IMG/VR virus record: IMGVR_UViG_3300025413_001239 | Length of the DNA: 64,000 nt | From: a virus | Lineage: Duplodnaviria > Caudoviricetes | Reading direction: 5' to 3' (one strand) | Part shown: one piece after another, positions 17,563 to 27,142 of the stretch | Position numbering within the stretch: position 1 is the first letter of the stretch | Layout: each line of letters starts with the position of its first letter | Program-made: the position numbers and the translations under genes | The notes under the pieces: model-generated | The model's input: the letters and a program-made list of their open reading frames with translations, nothing else | Databases searched by the model: none | Told to the model about the DNA's origin: nothing

Positions 17563-19503
17563 ATGTCATTATTAACATCAGGACAAGTAGGTAACATCGG
17601 CCTTAACCACATGAAGGCTGTACGTCAAGAAACACAAGCAAAATGGAATTCATTAGGTTTCTTGGAAGGTCTTAAAGGCCACGTAAAAGAAAACATCGCT
17701 CAATTGTATGAGAACCAAGCTTCTATGCTTTTAAGCGAATCAACAACTGCAACATCATCAGGTTCTTTCGAAACTGTAGTGTTCCCAATTGTACGTAGAG
17801 TATTCTCTAAATTATTAGCTAATGATGTAGTATCAGTACAAGCTATGAACATGCCAATCGGTAAATTGTTCTATTTCGTACCACAAACATCAATGCGTCA
17901 AGATGGTAGTAACCCAGGTAACTACGGTAGCGATTACGCAACTGCACTAGGTAATGATACTTATTACACCACTTACTCAGCTCACACTGGTCTTAACGGT
18001 GAACACAATGGTGTAATTACCGCTGCTGCAACTCCAGTTGCTGACGTAGCAAACGCTTACCCAATTACCAAATTTGCTAATAAGAATTTGTATGATATAT
18101 TCTACAATGACGGTTTATTTGATAACTCTAAGGGTACAATGGCTATTAGGACTCTTACAGTTTCATCAATTGGACAAATTTTCACATTTGATAACAATGG
18201 TACCCTTAACGGTGTTACTGGTGCTTCACAAACACTTCCATTAGCTACTGACGGTTCACTTAGACACGCAATTATCGGTTTAAGTGGTTTCTCTGGTGGT
18301 GCTGGTTATCAAGGTAGAGAAGTATTAACAGGTCCAGATGGTAACAACATGGATACTGAATCATTCTTAGCTTCATTGCACATTGTTAACGGTTCTAACG
18401 CAATTTTAGATGCTCAAGGTAACACAATTATCGCTGCTTATTCTGAAATACCTTTCCGTTTAGTAACTCAACAATATGGTAAATCAATTGTACAAAATAC
18501 TGCTAACATATCTGTTTCCAACCAATTTGGTGGTTCAGCTGTTAACGTTCCAAACTTGGTACAACCAGGTGGTATCTTATACATCGAATTAGATTTCAGA
18601 CACCCAGTAGGAACAACAGCTGGTGCTGGTGCTGCTATTACAACTGGTACAACTTACGATGGTTATATCGGTGCTAATATTTCAGTTGCTAGTGGTGTTA
18701 CAAATTTCTCACCAGTAGCTGCTTGGGCTGAATACGCTTCATTAGAGCTTGAAACTGAACTTGGTGAGGTTTCTTTCACACTTAACGAAGTTGTAGTTGC
18801 TGTTGAAGAAAGAAAATTAAGAGCAACATGGTCTCCAGAATTGGCTCAAGACGTTAGTGCATTCCACAACATCGATGCTGAAGCTGAATTGACTGCAATG
18901 TTGTCTGAACAAGTTGCTGCTGAAATTGACCGTGAAATCCTTAGAGATTTACGTAAAGCTGCTGCATGGCAATTACGTTGGGATTACAATGGTTGGAGAA
19001 GAGCTTCTTCATCTGCTAGTCCTTACACACAAAAAGACTGGAACCAAACTCTTATCACAAGAGTAAACCAACTTTCTGCTCAAATCCATAAATCAACTCT
19101 TCGTGGTGGTGCTAACTTCATCGTTGTATCTTCTGAAATTTCTGCAATCTTCGATGATTTAGAATATTTCCACGTAAGTGATGCTAATCCAGAGCAAGAC
19201 CAATATAACATGGGTATCGAAAGAATCGGTACATTAGGTGGACGTTATCAAGTATATCGTGACCCTTATGCTCCAGCTTACTCAGCTATTATCGGTCATA
19301 AAGGTAAATCATTGTTAGATACAGGTTATATCTACGCACCATATGTGCCATTGCAATTAACCCCTACAATGTACAATCCTTTTAACTTCGCTCCAGTTAA
19401 AGGTATCATGACAAGGTATGCGAAAAAAGTTGTGAACAATAGGTTCTATGCTCATTTACGTGTAGACGGTGTTGTAACATTCAATACACAAGAATTAAGA
19501 TAA
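17563..19503 (+). CDS. Major capsid protein (T4 gp23-like)
   Basis: Motifs VQAMNMPIGKLFY, RKLRATWSPELAQD, IDREIL, YAPYVPLQ, KGIMTRYA; strongly biased codon usage. Confidence 0.95.
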   Translation: MSLLTSGQVGNIGLNHMKAVRQETQAKWNSLGFLEGLKGHVKENIAQLYENQASMLLSESTTATSSGSFETVVFPIVRRVFSKLLANDVVSVQAMNMPIGKLFYFVPQTSMRQDGSNPGNYGSDYATALGNDTYYTTYSAHTGLNGEHNGVITAAATPVADVANAYPITKFANKNLYDIFYNDGLFDNSKGTMAIRTLTVSSIGQIFTFDNNGTLNGVTGASQTLPLATDGSLRHAIIGLSGFSGGAGYQGREVLTGPDGNNMDTESFLASLHIVNGSNAILDAQGNTIIAAYSEIPFRLVTQQYGKSIVQNTANISVSNQFGGSAVNVPNLVQPGGILYIELDFRHPVGTTAGAGAAITTGTTYDGYIGANISVASGVTNFSPVAAWAEYASLELETELGEVSFTLNEVVVAVEERKLRATWSPELAQDVSAFHNIDAEAELTAMLSEQVAAEIDREILRDLRKAAAWQLRWDYNGWRRASSSASPYTQKDWNQTLITRVNQLSAQIHKSTLRGGANFIVVSSEISAIFDDLEYFHVSDANPEQDQYNMGIERIGTLGGRYQVYRDPYAPAYSAIIGHKGKSLLDTGYIYAPYVPLQLTPTMYNPFNFAPVKGIMTRYAKKVVNNRFYAHLRVDGVVTFNTQELR

Positions 19504-19526
19504 TAAAAATCTTTAAAATAAAACTT

Positions 19527-19556
19527 AAAACCCTGCACTTATGTGTGGGGTTTTTT
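19527..19556 (+). terminator. Rho-independent terminator after MCP
   Basis: AAAACCC-TGCAC-ttat-GTGT-GGGG-TTTTTT. Confidence 0.75.
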
Positions 19557-19580
19557 GTTTTCTGTTGGATATTTATTTAT

Positions 19581-19919
19581 ATGAAAAGTCTAATAAAAAA
19601 ACTACTTAGGGAATCGTTAAGTGATTATCCATCTAAATGGATGGAAGAAAAAGACCAGAATAACCAAAAAAGAGTATTTATTGAAGACGCTTCGTCTAAA
19701 TTAAACACTTATTTTGGTGAGGTTAATGATTTATTTAAGATTAAAAAAATACAAAGTATTTTAGGTATTATCTTTAATTATAAGACAAGTCACAACGATG
19801 AATTTGAAGAGAATAATGAAGAATTAAGAGATTATAAATTACAACTTGGTAAGTACTTTAAAACAAACGATATTTATACGATAACCGTAATAATAGATAA
19901 CACATTTAATGGAGATTAA
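19581..19919 (+). CDS. Small protein with MKSLIKKLLRE leader (candidate internal head protein)
   Basis: ATG at 19581, 4 nt after ATATTTAT; shared leader motif. Confidence 0.7.
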   Translation: MKSLIKKLLRESLSDYPSKWMEEKDQNNQKRVFIEDASSKLNTYFGEVNDLFKIKKIQSILGIIFNYKTSHNDEFEENNEELRDYKLQLGKYFKTNDIYTITVIIDNTFNGD

Positions 19920-19922
19920 TAT

Positions 19923-20423
19923 ATGAAAAACATTATAAAAAAATTACTTAGAGAAACATTTGAGATTGATGAAATGGATTATCAAAGTTATAAGAAAATG
20001 GACGAATTACAATCGGCTTTAAGTCGTGGTCTTATTGTTAGTGTTGTAACAGTTAAGGATGATGGTACCGTAAGACACATGGCCGCTAAAAAATTCTTAA
20101 GTGCTTATCAAGCTAGTACAGCTGAAAAATCTGAAAAACAAAAGTTTATTAAGCCTAACAATGACATAGAAAAGTTTATCGATATAAACATATATAATGA
20201 CTTAGTTAGAAAGACTGGTGATAAAGCTGATGCAGCAAAAAAAGCGTGGAGAATTATACGTCTTGGTAATGTCCTAGCATTCATGGTTAAGGGTCGTTTA
20301 TATGATATGCGTGAAGAAAATAACATAAAGGAAAGATACGGTGAAGAAATTTATAATTCATTAACGAAATCAATGGTTAATGTTATGAATAGAGACATAA
20401 ATCAACCAATAGAAGGAATATGA
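19923..20423 (+). CDS. WYL_2 / SH3-like domain protein with MKNIIKKLLRE leader
   Basis: Pattern VKDDGTVR...FIDIN...AWRII fits the WYL_2-type K-DG-x-R / D / WR signature, judged by eye. Confidence 0.5.
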   Translation: MKNIIKKLLRETFEIDEMDYQSYKKMDELQSALSRGLIVSVVTVKDDGTVRHMAAKKFLSAYQASTAEKSEKQKFIKPNNDIEKFIDINIYNDLVRKTGDKADAAKKAWRIIRLGNVLAFMVKGRLYDMREENNIKERYGEEIYNSLTKSMVNVMNRDINQPIEGI

Positions 20424-21241
20424 AAATAGGTAAAATATTTAATCAATTATTAAAAGAAGAATATAACGGTCATAAATTACTTGGTTATCACGTTACCAGT
20501 GAGGCTAATATTGAATCAATTAGACGCAATGGTTTCTTTGTTGGTAATAGAGCTATGCAAGGTCGTGGTTTTTATTCTTTTTATGAATATGAACGAGCAA
20601 CTGGTTATGGTTGTAAATCTGGTAATTCAACTGCGATTGTTAAATTTTTAGTTACGAGACCAAAATCATTAATATACTTAAATATGGATATTGCTAAACA
20701 AGTTTTAGGTGATAAATACCATTTAATTGACCAAGTAGAAAATTATTATAAATATTATGGTGGGGTTGAATATTTTTTAGAAAATTGTTTAAGTTCTTCA
20801 TATGTTAATGAATACGGTAGAGGTATTGAAAACTTAACTAATTATCTTAATAATATAGAAAATACATACCCTAAACATTTTAGAATTACATTGATTAGTA
20901 GTAGAGAAGATGATAAGTTAAATGTTTTGTATGACGGTGAATATGGTATTGAGATGCGGTTTAATAATGTTAATTTATTAAAACCAATTGGTTTTAATAT
21001 AATTAGTTGTTTAAATGGAAATAATTTAAAAAATGTTGAATTTAGTATATTAGACGATATACCAAATACTGATGAATTTAAACCACTTAGAGATTTTATC
21101 ATCAATCTTAATTTACAAGATGCAACATTTGATATAGTTAAAAATAAACTTGATAAATTGCTTGAAACTATACGTAGCAGTAGGGAATTTAATGAACTAA
21201 ATAAAATATGGGACTTAATATATAAAATAAAAAAAAGCTGA
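20420..21241 (+). CDS. ADP-ribosyltransferase-fold protein with MKIGKIFNQLLKEE leader
   Basis: YHVTS...SIRRNGF...GRGFYS...ATGY matches the YHxT...GF...GxGxY...AxxY pattern of H-Y-type ARTs. Confidence 0.6.
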   Translation: MKIGKIFNQLLKEEYNGHKLLGYHVTSEANIESIRRNGFFVGNRAMQGRGFYSFYEYERATGYGCKSGNSTAIVKFLVTRPKSLIYLNMDIAKQVLGDKYHLIDQVENYYKYYGGVEYFLENCLSSSYVNEYGRGIENLTNYLNNIENTYPKHFRITLISSREDDKLNVLYDGEYGIEMRFNNVNLLKPIGFNIISCLNGNNLKNVEFSILDDIPNTDEFKPLRDFIINLNLQDATFDIVKNKLDKLLETIRSSREFNELNKIWDLIYKIKKS

Positions 21242-21260
21242 GTAAATCTCAGCTTTTTTT
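21231..21260. terminator. Bidirectional terminator between convergent genes
   Basis: AAAAAAGCTGAG-taaat-CTCAGCTTTTTT. Confidence 0.85.
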
Positions 21261-21284
21261 ATTTACGTTAACTCTAGTTATTTT

Positions 21285-22163
21285 TTAGGCTTTCTTGCCG
21301 CAAGATGGGCAAAATTTATTTGTCTTATTAATTTTAGCACCACAATTAGGGCAGTATCTTTTAACATTAATATCATCAGCGGTATTAACCTTTTGTGATA
21401 TTGGAAGTAATTTATATTCTACCGTATGGAATGGGTAATAATTAAATGACTTGTTAACAGTTTGTAATTTTTGGTCTGATTCACTACCAGCTTCAACACG
21501 GCCAGTTTCAACAGTTTTAGAACTTCTAACAATTTTTGAAGTTGCATCGGATGAATAGTTACCAATTGATGATGTGAATGTAGCTGAAGTACTATTTAAA
21601 TACGAATTAGATGAACTAGACCCATTAGCCATACCAGTAAGATTTACAGTGCCACTATAATTAGTATTAGATGTGGTAACTCCCATTGGCGTTGATAACG
21701 TACCGCTATTTGAAAAATAAGTTATTGGGTTACAATAATCATAATAAGTCCAAGTAGGATTATTAGAAATAGTTATTGTTGAATTTAATGGCGTAGTTTC
21801 AGTGTAAAACTCTACTTTAAAGTCACCATTTTTTTCAATAGCCTTTTGTACCTCTTGAGTATTAGATACTTCATAAACGTCAAATTTAAAGCGTTTAGCA
21901 ACATCTATGTAACGGTCAAGAAATACTCTTTCACCAGGTCTAAGCACTAGACCACCTTGTGAGATTATGTTGTTATTAAGATAGATTTTAGCCAACACAG
22001 AATTTGATGTTGGATTAAAGAGTTCAATTTGGAACGAATCACCATTATTCAAAAAAAATGTTGGGTCTGATTCTTTATTATATATTTTTAATCTAGATTT
22101 ATTTATACATATAAACGCACTTGGCATTTCAGTATTTGTGATGTATTTTTTTTCGTTTTTCAT
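21285..22163 (-). CDS. Hypothetical protein with C-terminal zinc ribbon
   Basis: CPNCGAKINKTNKFCPSCG; Ser/Thr-rich linker. Confidence 0.75.
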   Translation of the reverse strand: MKNEKKYITNTEMPSAFICINKSRLKIYNKESDPTFFLNNGDSFQIELFNPTSNSVLAKIYLNNNIISQGGLVLRPGERVFLDRYIDVAKRFKFDVYEVSNTQEVQKAIEKNGDFKVEFYTETTPLNSTITISNNPTWTYYDYCNPITYFSNSGTLSTPMGVTTSNTNYSGTVNLTGMANGSSSSNSYLNSTSATFTSSIGNYSSDATSKIVRSSKTVETGRVEAGSESDQKLQTVNKSFNYYPFHTVEYKLLPISQKVNTADDINVKRYCPNCGAKINKTNKFCPSCGKKA

Positions 22164-22265
22164 TTTTTTAACTTTTAATGTTTTATTATGTACTAATATT
22201 TTTGTTGCCTAGACAACTCTAAAGTCATTTCTGACTCAATACTAATACTTGAGTTAACGTAAATA

Positions 22266-22296
22266 TAAATATATAACTATTTTAAAAATAGTCAAG
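22266..22296 (-). promoter_or_regulatory. Host-sigma promoter for 21285..22163
   Basis: Minus strand reads cTTGACT-N16-TATATTta. Confidence 0.5.
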
Positions 22297-22424
22297 TACT
22301 TTATTGAAATTCTGGACCTTGTTCACAAAGGGTTGATTGTATTGTGGCCCAATAAGTATCAGCTTCATCAGCCATACAATCACCAGTGATGCCATAGGGT
22401 TTTGAAATATGATTACCAAGCATA

Positions 22425-22658
22425 TTAGTATGCTTTATTAATTTCAAAATTAGCTTGTTTAAGCATAGTTAATGGTTTTTGTATTTTAGCACATAATTCT
22501 GGTGCTTCATCCCTAGAACCGATTGCTGCTGTAATTCTACTGATAACCTCATCATAACTATTAACTGAAATTGTATCACATAGTGATTGTAATTGTGGGT
22601 TCATATTCTCACCATCAATTAATTGTTCTCTGAGTAATTTTTTTATAAAACTTTTCAT
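22425..22658 (-). CDS. Small protein with MKSFIKKLLRE leader, possibly frameshifted into 22301..22423
   Basis: Leader motif. A coding-like frame continues past the stop (KHTNMLGNH...EQGPEFQ, stop at 22301). Confidence 0.6.
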   Translation of the reverse strand: MKSFIKKLLREQLIDGENMNPQLQSLCDTISVNSYDEVISRITAAIGSRDEAPELCAKIQKPLTMLKQANFEINKAY

Positions 22659-24058
22659 TATTGTGACATTCTTGAATCTGATTGATTTGTTATATCAAAA
22701 TTAATTACATTTTTAATAGTTGTTACTTCAAGATTTGATTCATAAAGTACATCTAAGTAATATGTATTAGGTATAAGACTATTTGTATCTAATAAGAAGT
22801 AATTGTAATTGGTTGCCATTTCTACTGGGTGATAATCAATTACGGTAACCTCACTTAAACCTTCTTTAACATAAAGTCTATACTTAAGACTAGTTATTTT
22901 TTGTGTTTGATTAACAGTATATGGTACTCTTGCGGATACAATAATTTTTCTTACATCACCACGTTTAATTGTATCTTGTTGACGTATACCAGAAATCGAA
23001 ATTCCGACCTTTTTAGGGCCTATATCGTTCGCTCCTATGTCGTAGTACCCAAGACTATCTTTAAGCTCAAAATTGAGCCTTATATCGGGTCTTGAGACAC
23101 CATTAATTGTGATACCAGTCCATACATCATTATATAAATAACCAGCTGATGCTAAATTTGATGGTATTAGTAAATCTATTGAGTAAACACCTTTGGTTAT
23201 TTGATTAACATCTGAAGAGGTATAAGCTGATATTAAATTTTCACTGTTATCGTATATATTTACGGCAGGGATTGTATCTAAATTAGTTGGGTTACCAGCT
23301 AAATTAACGTAGAGATAAAGTTTATTTGGTTTATCTAAATAAAAGTCATTTCTATCATCAGTTATAAAATTATTATAAATGGTTTCAATATAGGGTTCAT
23401 AGTATGTTTGAGAATTTCTACTGAAGAAACCAACGTATTGTAAATTATTTGTGCTAGTTTTTTCAAACCCAGTATTATAAGCAACACCCATACCATAGTT
23501 TGGGTTACCCATTAATATACTATTAACAAAATCAGTTACATCAATTGAAATATTTTCGTTTCCAGCATCAAAGTGTTGTGTACCGATTACGGTTGGGTCA
23601 CCAGAATAAACACCAGCACCATTATCCCAATAAGAGCCACTTTGTGGATTAATCCAGTTTGATGGCATAACTGATACTGTGGTATTTATGTTTCCAATAT
23701 TAGAAATATTATAATCATAACCAACACCTTCATCCCATGGTTGGTTGATGGGGAATACAATTAAATCGAAGGATGATGTTCTATCAAACGTATCCATTGT
23801 ACCGTTTAATAATCCACTATCAAATGCACCAGTATTCGTCATTTTAAGTGTATGTGTTACTTTTGAAAGGTCGGCTATGGTACCGTTTGTGTAAAGATTA
23901 ACTAAGTTTGTTTCATCAAAATGAAATAAGTAACGACTATAAGAATTTTCACCATTTGGACCACCATAAAATAATTCGGTTATTGGGTTTAGTCCAGTGT
24001 TAATATTACTGTTTACAATTATTGTATTATCCTTATCAAAATATGTTCTAAATACCAT
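22658..24058 (-). CDS. Virion structural protein candidate (baseplate or tail region)
   Basis: 466 aa, beta-rich N/T/G/D composition, upstream ATATTTAT, adjacent to a gp5-like gene. Confidence 0.55.
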   Translation of the reverse strand: MVFRTYFDKDNTIIVNSNINTGLNPITELFYGGPNGENSYSRYLFHFDETNLVNLYTNGTIADLSKVTHTLKMTNTGAFDSGLLNGTMDTFDRTSSFDLIVFPINQPWDEGVGYDYNISNIGNINTTVSVMPSNWINPQSGSYWDNGAGVYSGDPTVIGTQHFDAGNENISIDVTDFVNSILMGNPNYGMGVAYNTGFEKTSTNNLQYVGFFSRNSQTYYEPYIETIYNNFITDDRNDFYLDKPNKLYLYVNLAGNPTNLDTIPAVNIYDNSENLISAYTSSDVNQITKGVYSIDLLIPSNLASAGYLYNDVWTGITINGVSRPDIRLNFELKDSLGYYDIGANDIGPKKVGISISGIRQQDTIKRGDVRKIIVSARVPYTVNQTQKITSLKYRLYVKEGLSEVTVIDYHPVEMATNYNYFLLDTNSLIPNTYYLDVLYESNLEVTTIKNVINFDITNQSDSRMSQ

Positions 24059-24085
24059 TTTCTTTTAATAATAAATATCCAGATA

Positions 24086-25066
24086 TTAGTTAATGTTGAT
24101 ATTTTTTGATAACATGGCATTCTCTAAATTTTCAGCATTATTTTTAAATTCACGAACATTTAGTACATTTCCTTCTGTTGCTAAATCGGTTGGTGGGATT
24201 CCATTATTATTATGAACATGGTTTAAAAAGGCTTTTTTGAGTAATTTTAAATATTGTACTAGTATATCACCAAATGGTAATGGGTGTGCATTTTGTATAA
24301 TATTTAAAATTTCATCATTACTAATTAAATCATTTTGATTGGTTAAATTAAATCTTGGTGAACCATTCTCATGTGTTAATAAATTAATTTTGTTTGCAAC
24401 AATATTAGTAACAGAACCAATTAGTTGTTTTGTGTTTGAATTGGCTTGGGTAATTGGTATATTATTTTTAATTTGTATATAACCTTGCGTAGTTTTATTA
24501 AATTGAAATGGGTATGGGTTACTGTTATTAATTGCTGATTCAACAAATTTACCAGCCCTTAATACGATTTCATTGTGTTTAAATGTTAAGTCGGTATTAT
24601 ATCTTCCTTGAATGGCAATATCATCATTAGATGGAAAAACTCCATCCAATGCTGGAACTCTATTTACATTAGTTTGTGGGGTTAATAAATTAAATGTGAA
24701 TGGGTTTAAACCAGTTGTTTGTATTGGGTCAATATTTAATCTATCAAAACTAGAAATAATTGGACCAAAATATAGTCTATCACTATGTGTTTTTGTTTTA
24801 TCTAGTATCATTACAAAAACACCTTCACCAACTTTTGGTGATGAAAAAAAGAATTTGGGTACCATTGGGTAGGCCCAAGCTAAATCATCTGTTGTTAAAC
24901 CATTGTCACCACCTTTGTGTGTCGGTCCAGGGATTCTAACCTTAATTCTACCCATAGAGGTTGGGTCATCGATACTTTCAACAGAACCAATTTGGATAAT
25001 CCTCATTGAATCTGAAGCTTGTACGACATTACCAAGATTAGTTATATATTGATTATCACCAGCCAT
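24086..25066 (-). CDS. Baseplate hub / central spike protein with gp5-like N-terminal OB-fold
   Basis: IGSVESIDDPTSMGRIKVRI...LAWAYP...PKVGEGVFV. Confidence 0.75.
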   Translation of the reverse strand: MAGDNQYITNLGNVVQASDSMRIIQIGSVESIDDPTSMGRIKVRIPGPTHKGGDNGLTTDDLAWAYPMVPKFFFSSPKVGEGVFVMILDKTKTHSDRLYFGPIISSFDRLNIDPIQTTGLNPFTFNLLTPQTNVNRVPALDGVFPSNDDIAIQGRYNTDLTFKHNEIVLRAGKFVESAINNSNPYPFQFNKTTQGYIQIKNNIPITQANSNTKQLIGSVTNIVANKINLLTHENGSPRFNLTNQNDLISNDEILNIIQNAHPLPFGDILVQYLKLLKKAFLNHVHNNNGIPPTDLATEGNVLNVREFKNNAENLENAMLSKNININ

Positions 25067-25242
25067 TATTTACCCTTTAATCTATTTATAATTATTTCAT
25101 TTGCCTTTGCGAATCTTTCTTCGATTTCAACAAGGGCATCATAATCTTTAACCATTTTTAATTTTAAAGCTTCATGGTCAGCTTCTAATTGCTTTATAAT
25201 AAGCAAGATTTCATTTGAACTTAAATTTTCTAATTCTTTCAT
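25066..25242 (-). CDS. Small coiled-coil hypothetical protein (58 aa, not in the ORF track)
   Basis: MKELENLSSNEILLIIKQLEADHEALK...RLKGK; its TAA overlaps the next ATG. Confidence 0.65.
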   Translation of the reverse strand: MKELENLSSNEILLIIKQLEADHEALKLKMVKDYDALVEIEERFAKANEIIINRLKGK

Positions 25243-25254
25243 ATAACAATATTT

Positions 25255-25704
25255 TTAACGTATTACACCAACACCAACGGCTAAATTTGTTGTAATACCT
25301 TGTGATACAACTGGTGCACCTAAATTACCGACACCAATTGTGGTTACTGTAATTCCAGGTGGAATTACAATTTCTATTTTTGCTTCTGTTAATAAAGCAT
25401 TAACAATTTCTTGAATTCTAATTAACTCCATTGCTTGTGCGGTATTATCACCATCAGCAAACACATTACCAACTGGTAAACCAGCTTCTGATTGTCTTGT
25501 AATAATTCTAGATGTAATATCACTTGCTGTAATTCCTGGTCTTAAATTAGCACCAGTTAATACTAATGGTGGTGGTAAAGGTGTTACAGGCACATTAGGG
25601 ACACTAAATGCAGCATTTATCATATTAATAATACCACTAATTGATGCCATACTAATATTATCATTAGTGGTAGACGATTGTCTATTTGTATTTACATCAC
25701 TCAT
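25255..25704 (-). CDS. Hypothetical structural protein
   Basis: 149 aa, G/V/T/P-rich, within the baseplate cluster. Confidence 0.65.
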   Translation of the reverse strand: MSDVNTNRQSSTTNDNISMASISGIINMINAAFSVPNVPVTPLPPPLVLTGANLRPGITASDITSRIITRQSEAGLPVGNVFADGDNTAQAMELIRIQEIVNALLTEAKIEIVIPPGITVTTIGVGNLGAPVVSQGITTNLAVGVGVIR

Positions 25705-27140
25705 AATAATTTTTTAATTTGTCTTGTGGCATTTGGTGGGATGCCAAGTAAGCTTAATAATTGCGCTTGATTATTTTGACCTTTTTCAAATATTTTTTTA
25801 ATTACAGCTTTAGAAACAAGATTTTCAATTTCTTTTAAAGCTAATTTTAATAAAACGTTTATCACAGCATTACTAATTGACTTGGTAATACTTTGTATAA
25901 GATTTTTATTTTTTTTCATAAAATCAATAGCATCAGTATATACAGCATCTGGACCATAAATTATTTTAAAATTTAATGCAAATAAAGTAATTACTTTTGG
26001 TGATAAAATAATATTTGTAATAACATTTATTAAATTGTTTATAATTTCTTGAATAAAATTTAAACCTATTGCATGGTTATCAGCTGGATTTTTTGAAGGT
26101 GATGATAATTGATTTGAAAATCCGTTTAATGAAGATGTTAAAGCTGTATTTTTTTGTGCTGTTGATTTTGCACTAGAAATGCTTGTATTCATATTGGTAA
26201 CAGATTGTAATGACAACGATGTTTTTATTGTTGATGTTGTGACAATTGACTTAGTACCATTACTCTTAGATATTGCCTCAGCTTGATGTGCTGCGTTTTC
26301 AACATTATTAAATTTAAAATAACTGTTATTAATTATATCGTTACTATTAGAATTAGCAATTTTTTTAATTACTGTGTTTGTTTTGGCTTGATTTTCTAAC
26401 TGACTTAATGATTTACCAGCAGCACTTGAAACAGTTCCAAAAATTGAATCAATAACATTAGTTAATATATTTTCTGTATTGAATAATGTTATACTGTCAA
26501 TGAAATTATTATTTAAATCTGTAAGACTTTTATTATCGTAAGATGAATCAGCTTTTATATTTAAAGTATTATTTGGTTTTTTTCGAGCAATATCACTTGA
26601 ACTAAATTCAAATGTAAGTATATTTGATTGTGTGGTTTGTGAACCCCAAGATTCTGGGGTACCATCGTTTTGAATTGTTTGGTAAAGAAACGTATTAAAA
26701 TCCGTACTCTTAATTAAATCAGATTTTAAATCATTATATAGGAGTTTACCTGCGCTTGAATTAGGGTTAATTAACATTAAGCCAGTAAAATCTATTTGAT
26801 TTACATTTATATTAATACCGTCACCTGTTGATTTAATAAAATATGGTAAAGATGGGTTAGTACCACAATTAACTATTGATTTTAATTCACTTTTTAATGC
26901 AATTTTGATATCTTTTTCAATTTCATGTAAAGAATAAACTAATGTATCATTAATAGTTTCTTGTAATTTTTGATAACCAATAAGAGATTTAATTAAATCG
27001 GTTAAAAATGAAATTGTATTACCATTATTATTAACGGATGGGAATGAAGATGTGGTATTTAACTTAGGCATCCCCTCAGTTAAAGTTTTAGCGGCAGCTA
27101 TTTGCCCAAATATTTGTTTTTTTTGACTTACTACTGACAT
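25701..27140 (-). CDS. Hypothetical protein (baseplate or tail cluster)
   Basis: 479-aa ORF overlapping its neighbour by 4 nt. Confidence 0.7.
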   Translation of the reverse strand: MSVVSQKKQIFGQIAAAKTLTEGMPKLNTTSSFPSVNNNGNTISFLTDLIKSLIGYQKLQETINDTLVYSLHEIEKDIKIALKSELKSIVNCGTNPSLPYFIKSTGDGININVNQIDFTGLMLINPNSSAGKLLYNDLKSDLIKSTDFNTFLYQTIQNDGTPESWGSQTTQSNILTFEFSSSDIARKKPNNTLNIKADSSYDNKSLTDLNNNFIDSITLFNTENILTNVIDSIFGTVSSAAGKSLSQLENQAKTNTVIKKIANSNSNDIINNSYFKFNNVENAAHQAEAISKSNGTKSIVTTSTIKTSLSLQSVTNMNTSISSAKSTAQKNTALTSSLNGFSNQLSSPSKNPADNHAIGLNFIQEIINNLINVITNIILSPKVITLFALNFKIIYGPDAVYTDAIDFMKKNKNLIQSITKSISNAVINVLLKLALKEIENLVSKAVIKKIFEKGQNNQAQLLSLLGIPPNATRQIKKLL

Positions 27141-27142
27141 AA

